64,000 nt of DNA from Halorutilales archaeon Cl-col2-1. Its GTDB lineage: Archaea > Halobacteriota > Halobacteria > Halobacteriales > Afararchaeaceae. The translations under genes were made by a program, and so were the position numbers. The stretch lies in assembly GCA_041891055.1 (NCBI GenBank), contig CP169074.1, positions 800,001 through 864,000 of the forward strand, written 5' to 3'. The notes beneath the pieces were generated by a model, which was not told where the DNA came from, ran no database searches, and saw only the letters and a program-made list of their open reading frames with translations. Below are positions 9,608-18,762 of this stretch, piece by piece; positions within the stretch are counted from its first letter, which is position 1, and each line of letters opens with the position of its first letter.

Positions 9608-10642
9608 ATGGCAGAGTTCATACTCTACGGAGGAAAAGGCGGCGTCGGAAAGACGACGTGTGCCGCGGCTACGGCGCTCAAGCTTTCAAGACAGGGCGAG
9701 AGGACGCTCGTCGTGAGCACAGACCCCGCACACTCTCTCTCAGATGTCTTCGAAACCGAGGTTCCGAGCCGACCCGAGGAGATACTCGACAACCTCTGGG
9801 CTGTCGAGATAGATCCCGAGGAGGCGATGAGCGAGTACCGTGAGAAGATCGAAGGGGGTATGCTACCCGACGAAGGACGTGAAGGCGAGGACTGGGAGAA
9901 AGATATGGGTGCCGGCACAGAAGCAGGAGAAGGCACGGGTGCGGGCGCAGGCATGGGAGGAGGTCTCGGCGGCTTAGGAGGTATGGGAGGCATGGAAGGT
10001 CTCGGAGACCTCCTCGGAGGCGAGGAGATGATGGGTCCCGGAAGTGACGAAGCGGCGGCGATGGACAAGTTCATGGAGTACATGGACTCCGAGAAATGGG
10101 ACAAGATAGTCTTCGACACCGCACCGACGGGACACACACTGCGTCTACTCAAGCTTCCCGAGATAATGGACTCGATGGTCGGGAAGGTCATGAAGGTCAG
10201 GTCACAGTTCCAGGGCTTCATGGACTCGGTAAAGGGGATGTTCGGTGGCGACGACGAGCCCGAGACAGCCGACTTCGGAGACTTAGACGAGCTAAAGGAC
10301 AGGATAGAACGCGTCCGTACTATGCTGCGTGACCCCGATAAGACCGACTTCCGTGTCGTTATGATACCCGAGAAGATGGCGGTTCTCGAAACACAGAGAC
10401 TCATAGAACGTCTTTCGAGGTTCGAGATTCCGGTCAGAACTGTCGTGATAAACAAGGTGATGGAGAACATAAACGACGACTGTGACTTCTGCAGATCAAG
10501 GTGGGAGGTACAGGAGTCGAACATAGACAAGGCGAACGAGATGTTCCGCGACCTCGAAATACAGTACGTCCCCCTGCTTGAGGACGAAGTACAGGGGATA
10601 GAGTCGCTCGAAACGGTCGCAGAAGAGATAGAGGTTGACTAA
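9608..10642 (+). CDS. ArsA/GET3-family ATPase
   Basis: GKGGVGKTT, STDPAHSL, DTAPTGHTLRLL, C-terminal CDFC and a Gly/Met-rich insert. Confidence 0.93.
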   Translation: MAEFILYGGKGGVGKTTCAAATALKLSRQGERTLVVSTDPAHSLSDVFETEVPSRPEEILDNLWAVEIDPEEAMSEYREKIEGGMLPDEGREGEDWEKDMGAGTEAGEGTGAGAGMGGGLGGLGGMGGMEGLGDLLGGEEMMGPGSDEAAAMDKFMEYMDSEKWDKIVFDTAPTGHTLRLLKLPEIMDSMVGKVMKVRSQFQGFMDSVKGMFGGDDEPETADFGDLDELKDRIERVRTMLRDPDKTDFRVVMIPEKMAVLETQRLIERLSRFEIPVRTVVINKVMENINDDCDFCRSRWEVQESNIDKANEMFRDLEIQYVPLLEDEVQGIESLETVAEEIEVD

Positions 10643-11066
10643 CGAGACAGAGATGGAGACCTGGGTCGCTGTGGGTGCCGTGGTCAGAAACCCCGACGGC
10701 GAAGTTCTACTCGTCAAACACGTCTCCGAGAAGGACGGCTTCTGGTCGGACGAATGGATCTGTCCCGGAGGTGGTCTCGAAGACGGAGAAAAGCTTGAGG
10801 ACGGAGCGAGGAGAGAGGTGCGTGAGGAGACAAGTCTGGAGATCGAGATTCAAAATCAGATACCGGCTTTCTCACGCGTCTTAGACGACGAGGAGAGACA
10901 CGTCGTCTACGTCGACTTCAAGGCAAAAAAGGCAGAGACGAGCCCCGACGCGACACCGGGTTCGGACGTCGGAACCGTCGAGTGGTTCAGCCCCGACGAG
11001 ATAGACGAACTCGAAGACCTCCACGACGACACTCGTAGGCTTCTGGATCTCGCGGAGATTCTTTAG
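10635..11066 (+). CDS. NUDIX hydrolase
   Basis: Nudix box GGGLEDGEKLEDGARREVREETSL. Start at TTG 10635 or ATG 10653. Confidence 0.9.
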   Translation: MTNETEMETWVAVGAVVRNPDGEVLLVKHVSEKDGFWSDEWICPGGGLEDGEKLEDGARREVREETSLEIEIQNQIPAFSRVLDDEERHVVYVDFKAKKAETSPDATPGSDVGTVEWFSPDEIDELEDLHDDTRRLLDLAEIL

Positions 11067-12436
11067 AAGTTCGAGAGTGTGCTCTGGCTCGATCCCTCGT
11101 CGTCTTCGTCCTCACTCTCGTCCCCGCCCTCGCTTTCTTCCCCGGATTCATCTTCGTCGGTTCGGTTCTCGACGTTTTCCTCTACGACATCGGGCTCCTC
11201 GGCTCTCTCGGCTATCTCCTCCGCCTTCTTCTCCGATCCTACTACGAACTCGATTTCGTCCTGGGTGAGGTCGAGTTCGGACGCCATCTCAGCCGCTGTC
11301 GGGACGTCCTCGAATATACGTCTCAGGTATGGCACGAAGCTGCGACCAGACGACATACTAACTGTCGACGACTCGCCGATCTTACGCGCGAGTGAGTCAC
11401 GTGTCTCACGTTTCTTACGTGTCCTCCCGAGACGCGAGAAGGTCGATGGCGGCGAGTAACGTGTCCATCCGCCTTTCTTCTCTTTCTTCGAGGTGTTGAC
11501 TCCTCCCACCATGAGGTCGTTGGCGTACTTCCAGAGAGAGTAGTTCTGTGTCGCAACTGTCCGTCCGAGGTAGATGTCGGCGCGCGCGAGGTTTCGGTAT
11601 CCCTCGGCAATCTCGTCGCCCTCATACGCCTTAGGCAGGTTCTCGTCTATCCAGTGTACGAGGTCGTCGGGGCTCTCGTCGACGTCCCTCGCCTGTCTCA
11701 TCGCCTTACGGAGGTCGTCTCCCTGAAAGACGGTGTCGAGGAACTCGAATATGTCCTCCGTTGTGTCTCTCGACCCCGCTGTGACGTCTTCCTCGCTTAA
11801 GATGTCACGTCCCTCCGCGACAGCCTGAAGATCGTTTATGGCTCCTCGGAGATCGCCCGAGTTGGCATTGGCTATCTTCTTGAGAGCCGCTTTGTCGTAC
11901 TCTATACCCTCTTTCTTACAGATGTCGCGCAGGACGGGTACTATAGACCGCGACGATACGTCTCGGAACTCGACCTTCTCACAGTAGTTCCTGAGACTCC
12001 GGCTCATCTCGTAGAGGTCGTTGGCTATCAGGACGACGGGCTGTCTCGACGACTTGACGACGTCGGTAACCGCACCCGAGCCTCCCCTGTCTGCGTTTCC
12101 GTGTAAGTTGTCCGCCTCGTCGAGTATTATGAGACGTTTTCCGTTTTGATCCCGCGAAGCCGAGAGGCTCCTCGACTTAGACGCCTCTCCCGCGACGCGT
12201 TCTATCACGCTTGAGGTTCTCTGGTCGCTCGCGTTTAGTTCGGTGACCTCCCATCCCCTGTCGTTGGCGAGGGCGTGAGCCGAGCTCGTCTTTCCAACAC
12301 CCGGCTCGCCGTGGAGTATAGCGGGCTTACGGTGGTCGTCCCACGTCTCCGCCCAGTCCTTTAGCTCCTTCACCGACTTGTTGTTCCCCCTGACGTCGCT
12401 CAACGACTCGGGTCTGTACTTCTCGGTCCACTCCAT
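11063..12436 (-). CDS. rfcL: Replication factor C large subunit
   Basis: WTEKYRP, GEPGVGKT, ELNASDQR, ILDEAD, GDLRGAINDLQ and an acidic tail. Confidence 0.95.
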   Translation of the reverse strand: MEWTEKYRPESLSDVRGNNKSVKELKDWAETWDDHRKPAILHGEPGVGKTSSAHALANDRGWEVTELNASDQRTSSVIERVAGEASKSRSLSASRDQNGKRLIILDEADNLHGNADRGGSGAVTDVVKSSRQPVVLIANDLYEMSRSLRNYCEKVEFRDVSSRSIVPVLRDICKKEGIEYDKAALKKIANANSGDLRGAINDLQAVAEGRDILSEEDVTAGSRDTTEDIFEFLDTVFQGDDLRKAMRQARDVDESPDDLVHWIDENLPKAYEGDEIAEGYRNLARADIYLGRTVATQNYSLWKYANDLMVGGVNTSKKEKKGGWTRYSPPSTFSRLGRTRKKRETRDSLARKIGESSTVSMSSGRSFVPYLRRIFEDVPTAAEMASELDLTQDEIEFVVGSEKKAEEIAERAEEPDVVEENVENRTDEDESGEESEGGDESEDEDDEGSSQSTLSNF

Positions 12437-12475
12437 CGGAGGAAGATACGTTCTTTGTCCTAATATATCGGTCGT

Positions 12476-15331
12476 CTATCCTCCAGCCTCCTCTAACTCA
12501 CGTATGAACTCCGAGACGGACGCGTGTCTGTCGTCGGGGTCGGATGAGAGAGCCTTCAGAAGAACCTCGTCTATCCCTTCCGGCACGTAGGGATTGACGG
12601 AAGACGGAGCCTGGGGCTCCGAGCCGAAGCCGTCACCCTCACTGTTGCCGTCCGAGACCGAGGAAGGGGGCTCCCCCGTGAATATCTCGTATCCGACCGC
12701 GCCGAGTCCGTAGACGTCGACCCTCTCATCGGTGTCGACGGTGTCGTCAGTCTGTTCGGGAGCGAGGTAGGCACGGTCGAAGACGTTGAGGTTGGGCTCG
12801 ACTCGAAAGACGGAGAGATCCCAGTCTGAGACCTTTATCTCGGGTGAGTCGCCTCGGAAACTGAGAAGAACCGACCGCGGCGACAGACGTCCGTGTACGA
12901 CTCCTTTGTCGTGGGCGTGCTCTACGCCCCTCGCCGCCATGAGTACCGTCTGGGACGCGTCCTCGACGACGAGGGGAGTCTGTCCCCTCAGGTCGCCAAC
13001 CCTCATGTCTTCGAGTGCTATCCACGGCGACGGCTCCTCGCCGAAGTCGAATACCTCGACTACATTTGGATGCCTGTCGACCGACGCCCATCTTGCCACA
13101 GCCTCCGAGACGAGATCCGTGAAGGTGTCTCCGTGGGTGTCGTACGCAGAGACGTCGAATGTCTTGAGAAGGAAATCTTCCTCAGTACCGTCTTGGGCTC
13201 TGACCTCGTCGAGATCGCCGCCCTCGTACGAGTAGACGTTCCTGACCTTCTCGAAGTCGGAGTAGTCGTGACCCATGCCCTCGAAGTCGGCGAAGGTGTC
13301 AGTGTCGGTGTCAGTCTGGTGATCCCCGTCAGCCTCGTCGCCCGTGCCCTCGTACTCGTCTAGGAGGGCTGCGTCGTCTGTCTCGGTCTCGTCATCGTTC
13401 CTTCTTCTGTCGATGACTCTCTTTAGGGCTATACCTCCAGCCCCGGCGGCTAATAGACCCGCACCGCCTCCGATTACCCCCCACGGAACCGAGTCGGTCT
13501 CGAAGGGTAACTCTCCCAAGACGGGAACCGAGTCTCTCGTTTCGGAGGTGTTCTGTGAGTCGGTCTGGTTCGTGGTGTTCGACGTGTCTCCGGTGTCCGA
13601 GACTCCGCCGTCGGGCTGTGTTACGTTTACTTTTACCGACCTGACGGCTGTGTCGTTGACTCCCGAGGCATTTAGGCTGAGACGTACTGTGTAGTTACCC
13701 GGCTCGTCGAATACACGTCGGAAGGTCGAGCCTTGGGCTGTCGAGTTATCCGAGACAGACCACGAGTAATCCGTGTCGGTCTCCGTGTCGTTCCGAGCCG
13801 TGTCGTCAGCCTCGAAGACGATCTCGTCACCCACCTCGGGGTCTTCGGGTCTGAAGCTGAAGTCGGCTGTGAGGCTCGGGACGACTTTCAGGCTTTTATC
13901 GATCGAGGCGGTTCTTCCTCCCGAGTCGACAGCCTTGAGTACGACTGTGTAGCTTCCGGGAGACGAGTAGGTGTGGCTGACTGTCTCGCCGGTCGCCGTC
14001 TCGCCGTCGCCGAACTCCCATCTGTACTCGGCTATCGCATGTGTGGCTTCTACGTCCTTGGCTTCGAACCGTACCTCCTCCGAGATCTCGGGCTGTGTGG
14101 GAGAGACGTCGACTGATCCGGCAGTTATCTCGAATACGACATCACCTGTGAGACGTCTCAGGCTTCCGTCGGTGTCACCTACGAAGACGGAGCCGTCAGT
14201 GACTACGGGGGTTGATGACGCGTCGAGGTCGTCACCGTAGCTCCAGGTGATCTCGCCTTTGAGTCTGTCGAATGCGTAGATACTCTCGACACCCGCGACT
14301 AAAAGGTAGTCGTCGGTGAGTGCGGGAGGCGATCTCACTTCTTCGTCGAGGTCGAACACCCACCGTGACTCGGGGTCTGTGTCTTCGTCCTCCGAGTCGG
14401 GAGCTTCGACAGCGTAGATCTTTCCGTCTCTCGCGACGCCGTATACATCCCCATCCGAGACGGCGAGGGAGTGGATGTACTCCGAATCGGTTCCGAAGCT
14501 CCAGAGCTTACTCCCGTCTTCCGAGAAGGCGTATATCTCACCCCCTGTGTTGGCGACATATACATTCGAGTCATCGACCGTAGGCGACGACGTGACTCCG
14601 AAGCCCGTGTAGTAGCTCCAGGCTGGCTCCCCCGATCCCGAGTCGAGACCGTAGACGTTCCCCTCCGAGTCGCCGACGTAGACGTGTGTGTCAGTCGCAG
14701 CCGGCGAGCCGGAGACTTCGCCCTCAACACTGAAGCTCCATCTGTCCTTTCCCGTCTCGGTGTAGACGGCATACAGAATACCGTTCTCAGCTCCGAAGTA
14801 GACGGTGTTTCCGACGACTGTCGGGGACGTGATGGCGTCGACGCCCACGTAGTACTCCCAGACGAAGTCACCGTTGTCGGCGTCGACTGCGTGGAGTCGG
14901 CTGTTGCCCCCGAAGTAGAGAGTTCCGTCGTCGACAGCGGGGGTCGTAAAGCTGTCACCCCTTGTCGTGTACTCCCATCTCTCAACACCGTCGTCTGTGC
15001 GGAGCGCGTAGAAGTCGGAGTCGTCGATGCCTACGTAGACGGTGTCTCCGACGACGGACGGAGACGACTTGAGGCTCCCTATGGACCCGAATCTCCAGCT
15101 CTCCGAGACGTCTGAGTCGGGAGCGGGAGCCTCTGTGTACGAGGTGTTACCCGAGTTCTTACAGAACTCTCTCCAGCCGTGCGTCTCGGTCTCCGACCCC
15201 GAGGTCTGTGCGGAGGAGAGCCTCGAAGACTCGACTCCTCCGACCCCAAGAAGACACGAAAAGACAGCTGTCCTCAGAAGACTACGTCGGCTCAGGCTTC
15301 TCTCGGATTGATCGGGGAACCAACTGTCCAT
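12476..15331 (-). CDS. Tat-signal, PQQ-type beta-propeller + 2 PKD + TM + degenerate Ser/Thr kinase domain protein
   Basis: SRRSLL Tat motif, repeated SSPxVxDGxVYVG..W blades, WEFGDG PKD motif, Gly/Ala TM followed by KRVIDRRR, kinase-like HPNVV...APEQ...DVYGLG. Confidence 0.88.
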   Translation of the reverse strand: MDSWFPDQSERSLSRRSLLRTAVFSCLLGVGGVESSRLSSAQTSGSETETHGWREFCKNSGNTSYTEAPAPDSDVSESWRFGSIGSLKSSPSVVGDTVYVGIDDSDFYALRTDDGVERWEYTTRGDSFTTPAVDDGTLYFGGNSRLHAVDADNGDFVWEYYVGVDAITSPTVVGNTVYFGAENGILYAVYTETGKDRWSFSVEGEVSGSPAATDTHVYVGDSEGNVYGLDSGSGEPAWSYYTGFGVTSSPTVDDSNVYVANTGGEIYAFSEDGSKLWSFGTDSEYIHSLAVSDGDVYGVARDGKIYAVEAPDSEDEDTDPESRWVFDLDEEVRSPPALTDDYLLVAGVESIYAFDRLKGEITWSYGDDLDASSTPVVTDGSVFVGDTDGSLRRLTGDVVFEITAGSVDVSPTQPEISEEVRFEAKDVEATHAIAEYRWEFGDGETATGETVSHTYSSPGSYTVVLKAVDSGGRTASIDKSLKVVPSLTADFSFRPEDPEVGDEIVFEADDTARNDTETDTDYSWSVSDNSTAQGSTFRRVFDEPGNYTVRLSLNASGVNDTAVRSVKVNVTQPDGGVSDTGDTSNTTNQTDSQNTSETRDSVPVLGELPFETDSVPWGVIGGGAGLLAAGAGGIALKRVIDRRRNDDETETDDAALLDEYEGTGDEADGDHQTDTDTDTFADFEGMGHDYSDFEKVRNVYSYEGGDLDEVRAQDGTEEDFLLKTFDVSAYDTHGDTFTDLVSEAVARWASVDRHPNVVEVFDFGEEPSPWIALEDMRVGDLRGQTPLVVEDASQTVLMAARGVEHAHDKGVVHGRLSPRSVLLSFRGDSPEIKVSDWDLSVFRVEPNLNVFDRAYLAPEQTDDTVDTDERVDVYGLGAVGYEIFTGEPPSSVSDGNSEGDGFGSEPQAPSSVNPYVPEGIDEVLLKALSSDPDDRHASVSEFIRELEEAGG

Positions 15332-15377
15332 CGAGTACAGAGGTATAGAGATTAGTATCTAATATTACTGTCGGGCT

Positions 15378-16136
15378 CTATCCGGTTACACGGCTCGCCT
15401 CGTCCTCAAAGTCGTCTATGAGGCTGTTAGCCCAGTCAACTGACGAATCCGCCTCCGACCTCACCATGACCTCGGTGTAGCCGTTCCCGACTGACAGAAC
15501 CACTTCGCGGCTATCGAAGACTGCGACGTTGAAAGGAATGTCTCCGTGTTTTCTAAGCTCACATCTCTCGTGTTCGGCGGCTTTCCGGAGTAAGTCGAGT
15601 CTCATCTCCCTCACAGTCCTGACTAGATCGTCCGACATCACAACCTCTGCACGTATGCTCCTCTCCGAGAGCCTCGAGTAGACGTTTCTGAGACGCATAG
15701 GAGTCACAGTTCCGACTATGCCACGGTAGGTGTCGGAGTCGTCGAGAATCGAGATGAACTCCTCCTCCAGAACACCTGGGAGTTCGGGCTCCCCCTTCTC
15801 GACTTCGACCTGCTTGAGACGCTGTATGTCGAGGTACTCGGTGCTACTCTGAGGTATACGTCGGAGGAACGGACGGAGTCTGTCGACGGTCTCACAGCTA
15901 CTGACGCATCTCTCGAATATGTCTAGGTGGACGCCCCCGACGGAAGTCAGCCTCCATCTCCCGTCATGTTTCTCTATCCATCCCTTCTGACGGAGCCTGT
16001 CGAGATTGTTACGTATCCCCTGCTTCGTGTTGGATATGGCAGAGCTTAGGTCGTCGGTGCTATGTGGCTTTTCGTCGAGCTGTGTTAGTATCTCCTGTCT
16101 TATCGTAGAAGAAGTGAGAAACTCAAGACTGTCCAT
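15378..16136 (-). CDS. Winged-helix transcriptional regulator (ArsR-like wHTH + DUF1724-like domain)
   Basis: LEFLTSSTIRQEILTQL...LDRLRQKGWIEK..WRLTSVG N-terminus and WA..L C-terminus typical of this haloarchaeal family. Confidence 0.8.
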   Translation of the reverse strand: MDSLEFLTSSTIRQEILTQLDEKPHSTDDLSSAISNTKQGIRNNLDRLRQKGWIEKHDGRWRLTSVGGVHLDIFERCVSSCETVDRLRPFLRRIPQSSTEYLDIQRLKQVEVEKGEPELPGVLEEEFISILDDSDTYRGIVGTVTPMRLRNVYSRLSERSIRAEVVMSDDLVRTVREMRLDLLRKAAEHERCELRKHGDIPFNVAVFDSREVVLSVGNGYTEVMVRSEADSSVDWANSLIDDFEDEASRVTG

Positions 16137-16139
16137 CCT

Positions 16140-16458
16140 GTATATTTGAGCCGGGGCTTTGCCTAAAAATCCTTCGAACCACACAAAAATCTTGCAATAT
16201 CTGTTATTTATTTCCGGATATATTCTTTGTTAAATCCATTATTATGAGAGGGATTTTGGATTATACATGTTCCTTTCTATATAAAATGTAGTTTGGTATC
16301 GAGTCCTGAATTTGGATATACGGCTGAGAAAAACTGAGCATCCGGAAACAAAGTCTAACTTTGAGACTCTGAGTCAGTATAATAAAAGAAAATTTGTATT
16401 AAATTTCATATGGAAAAGATTTTAACTAACTCGTGTGTATCCAAGTCTAACTTAACGC
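16140..16458. promoter_or_regulatory. AT-rich divergent promoter region between the wHTH regulator and the histidine kinase
   Basis: About 320 nt, markedly AT-rich. Direct repeat AAGTCTAACTT at 16351 and 16443. Inverted pair TTTCCGGAT (16211)/ATCCGGAAA (16340). Palindrome GACTCTGAGTC (16365). Confidence 0.55.
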
Positions 16459-17934
16459 ATGTGTGGTCGCGACGTACTGTACGTAGGCAGCCAGCCACCC
16501 GACTTAGTGGAAGACGACTCGGGGGTAAGAGTCGTTTCGCCCGAGGACGCAGTAGGACTCCTCAACGAAGACGGGGCTGAGGCTGTGGTCTCGGAGTTCG
16601 AGTTCCCCAACAGCCGGATGACCGGGTTAGACGTCCTCGACAATGCCTCGAATGCGTCTTCGGTGCTCTATACCTCGTTCGACGTCTCGGAGATGGGAGC
16701 CGAAGTCGTAACCGCTGACGTCGACTCGTACGTCGAAAGGGGCGGAGACTCCGCCGAGAGGCTCCTCGACGAGATCGAGAACCACGTCGAAACAGAAACG
16801 GAGAACGAGACCAAGACCGAATCGGGTTTCGACGGTTTGACTGATGTACTCAGTCTGTCGCCTGACCCTGTGATGGTGATGGGAACCGACTGCGTGATAC
16901 GTGAAGCCAACGACGAGGCGTACGATCTTCTGGGCTACACCGAAGGAAGTCTCGAAGGAGCCGATATATCCGACCTGCTTCCCGAGACGGATCTCAAGCA
17001 CAACATCGACGGCTATCTCGACAGACCGGGCTTCCAGATAATAGGGGACTACGGTGACGTAGACGTCCTCCGGGCGGACGGAACACGTCTCCCCGTCGAG
17101 ATAAGTCTCAATCCGATCTATGACAGTCAGACAGACGAAGACGCGAGTCTCGAAAGGGTTGTCGTGACACTCAAGGATGTCTCGGAGAAAAAGAGGAGAG
17201 AAGAAAGGATCGAGTCGGCTAACCAGCAGCTTAAGGTACTCAACCGGGTCTTGCGCCACGACATACGTAACGACATGAACGTCGTACGCGGTCGTGCCGA
17301 GGCATTACGCGGTGTGATCGAGGGCTCCGACTGTGGCTGTGCCGAGGACTGTCTCGAACACATAGAGCCGCTCGTAGAGACGAGTGGGAACGTGATCGAC
17401 CTGACACAGACGGCTAGGGAGTTCATAGAGTTTGTCTCGGACGGGGACGCTGACCTAGAGACTGTGAACCTGTCGGAGACAGTCGAAGTCGAGGTGAGTA
17501 ACACGAAGTCCGAGGTAGACGGTGCCGTCATAGAGGCTAAAGACGGTCTCTTAGAGGAGAACGTCTGTGTCGAGGCAGACAGAATGCTGTCCTCGGTTTT
17601 CCGTAACCTACTCAACAACGCCGTGAAACACAACGACAAGAAGACGCCTGTCGTCTCGGTGGGTCTCGAGGAGATCACAGAGGAGACCGTCTCGGTCTAC
17701 GTCGAGGACAACGGTCCAGGTATACCTCGGAGGGTTCGGGAAAGCCTCTTCGAGAAAGGCGAGAAAGGGCTAGAAAGCGGGGGGACGGGCATAGGTCTGT
17801 ACCTCGTCAAGAGACTGACCCAGAAATACGGCGGCGAAATCGATGTCAGAAACGACGGATCGGAAGGGTCTGTCTTCAGCCTGACTCTCCGGAGGACGGA
17901 CTGTGGCTCTGAGTCAGAGGATCACTCCCGGTAG
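16459..17934 (+). CDS. PAS-domain sensor histidine kinase with degenerate N-terminal receiver-like domain
   Basis: H-box LRHDIRND, N-box NLLNNAVKH, G1 EDNGPGI, G2 GTGIGLYLV. PAS region ends in DVSEKK. Confidence 0.92.
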   Translation: MCGRDVLYVGSQPPDLVEDDSGVRVVSPEDAVGLLNEDGAEAVVSEFEFPNSRMTGLDVLDNASNASSVLYTSFDVSEMGAEVVTADVDSYVERGGDSAERLLDEIENHVETETENETKTESGFDGLTDVLSLSPDPVMVMGTDCVIREANDEAYDLLGYTEGSLEGADISDLLPETDLKHNIDGYLDRPGFQIIGDYGDVDVLRADGTRLPVEISLNPIYDSQTDEDASLERVVVTLKDVSEKKRREERIESANQQLKVLNRVLRHDIRNDMNVVRGRAEALRGVIEGSDCGCAEDCLEHIEPLVETSGNVIDLTQTAREFIEFVSDGDADLETVNLSETVEVEVSNTKSEVDGAVIEAKDGLLEENVCVEADRMLSSVFRNLLNNAVKHNDKKTPVVSVGLEEITEETVSVYVEDNGPGIPRRVRESLFEKGEKGLESGGTGIGLYLVKRLTQKYGGEIDVRNDGSEGSVFSLTLRRTDCGSESEDHSR

Positions 17935-18140
17935 TCTATCCTCGATTCGCCCGACTCCTCAGCGAGAGACGACGACTTGTATATGGCGTAGCCCGCGATC
18001 ATCATGGGTATGCCTATCACTATCCCCACTACTGTGATACTCACGAGGACTCCGAGGAAGAGAAGAACGAGTCCTCCGAAGTACTTCGCAGTCTCACTGT
18101 AGGGGCTAGATGAGTCCTCGTCTTCGCTGTTCTGTGACAT
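17922..18140 (-). CDS. Small membrane protein
   Basis: 72 aa with hydrophobic core SITVVGIVIGIPMMIAG and acidic termini. Confidence 0.7.
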   Translation of the reverse strand: MSQNSEDEDSSSPYSETAKYFGGLVLLFLGVLVSITVVGIVIGIPMMIAGYAIYKSSSLAEESGESRIDYRE

Positions 18141-18205
18141 ACAACGGGTTAGAGGCGGGTTAGTCTTAACTCTTCTCCGGCTCCGACGACTGTCGTCGAA
18201 GCCTG

Positions 18206-18649
18206 CTACTCTATCTCTATCGTCTTACCCTTCTCCGACTCCGCCTCGACCTTCGGAACCTCGACTGTAAGGACGCCGTTGTTGAACTTCGCGGAGACTT
18301 CTTCCTCCTCTACGAGCGCGGGAAGTCTGACCGAACGTCTCACAGACCTGCGTCTCCTCTCACGCGTGATGTAGTCGTCTTCCTCCTCCTCAGCGGACTC
18401 CTCGTGTTCGGCACTGACCGTCAGGACGCCGTCATCGAGACGCACACTGATGTCGTCCTTGTCGAAGCCCGGGAGATCAGCGGTGAGTACGTACTCGTCG
18501 TCCCTGTCGGCTAGGTCTATCTTCATCGTCTTCGTAGAGCCGGCTTCGAGAGGCGCGCCCTCGTCAGCCGGCTCCTCGGATATCTTCGAGTATCTGTCCC
18601 TCATTTCATCTATCATACTGTCGAGTTCATCGAGGATTCTTCTGTCCAT
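18206..18649 (-). CDS. Hsp20/alpha-crystallin small heat-shock protein
   Basis: ADLPGF, A.FNNGVLTVEVPK, C-terminal IEIE. GGTGA Shine-Dalgarno and a TATA-like AAGGATTTTAAGT (18682-18694, minus strand). Confidence 0.93.
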   Translation of the reverse strand: MDRRILDELDSMIDEMRDRYSKISEEPADEGAPLEAGSTKTMKIDLADRDDEYVLTADLPGFDKDDISVRLDDGVLTVSAEHEESAEEEEDDYITRERRRRSVRRSVRLPALVEEEEVSAKFNNGVLTVEVPKVEAESEKGKTIEIE

Positions 18650-18762
18650 CTCTATCACCGGTTGGCGACTAAAGAGCAATAACTTAAAATCCTTTCGGTA
18701 GTTGTTCGGACGCAATGTCCCCGTCTTGCGGTTTCCTCAGTTCATTTACTTCAGGTTAAGTC

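Noticed and set aside
16140-16458. AT-rich region as a replication origin
   Set aside because: No ORB repeats and no adjacent orc1/cdc6. A divergent promoter explains it.
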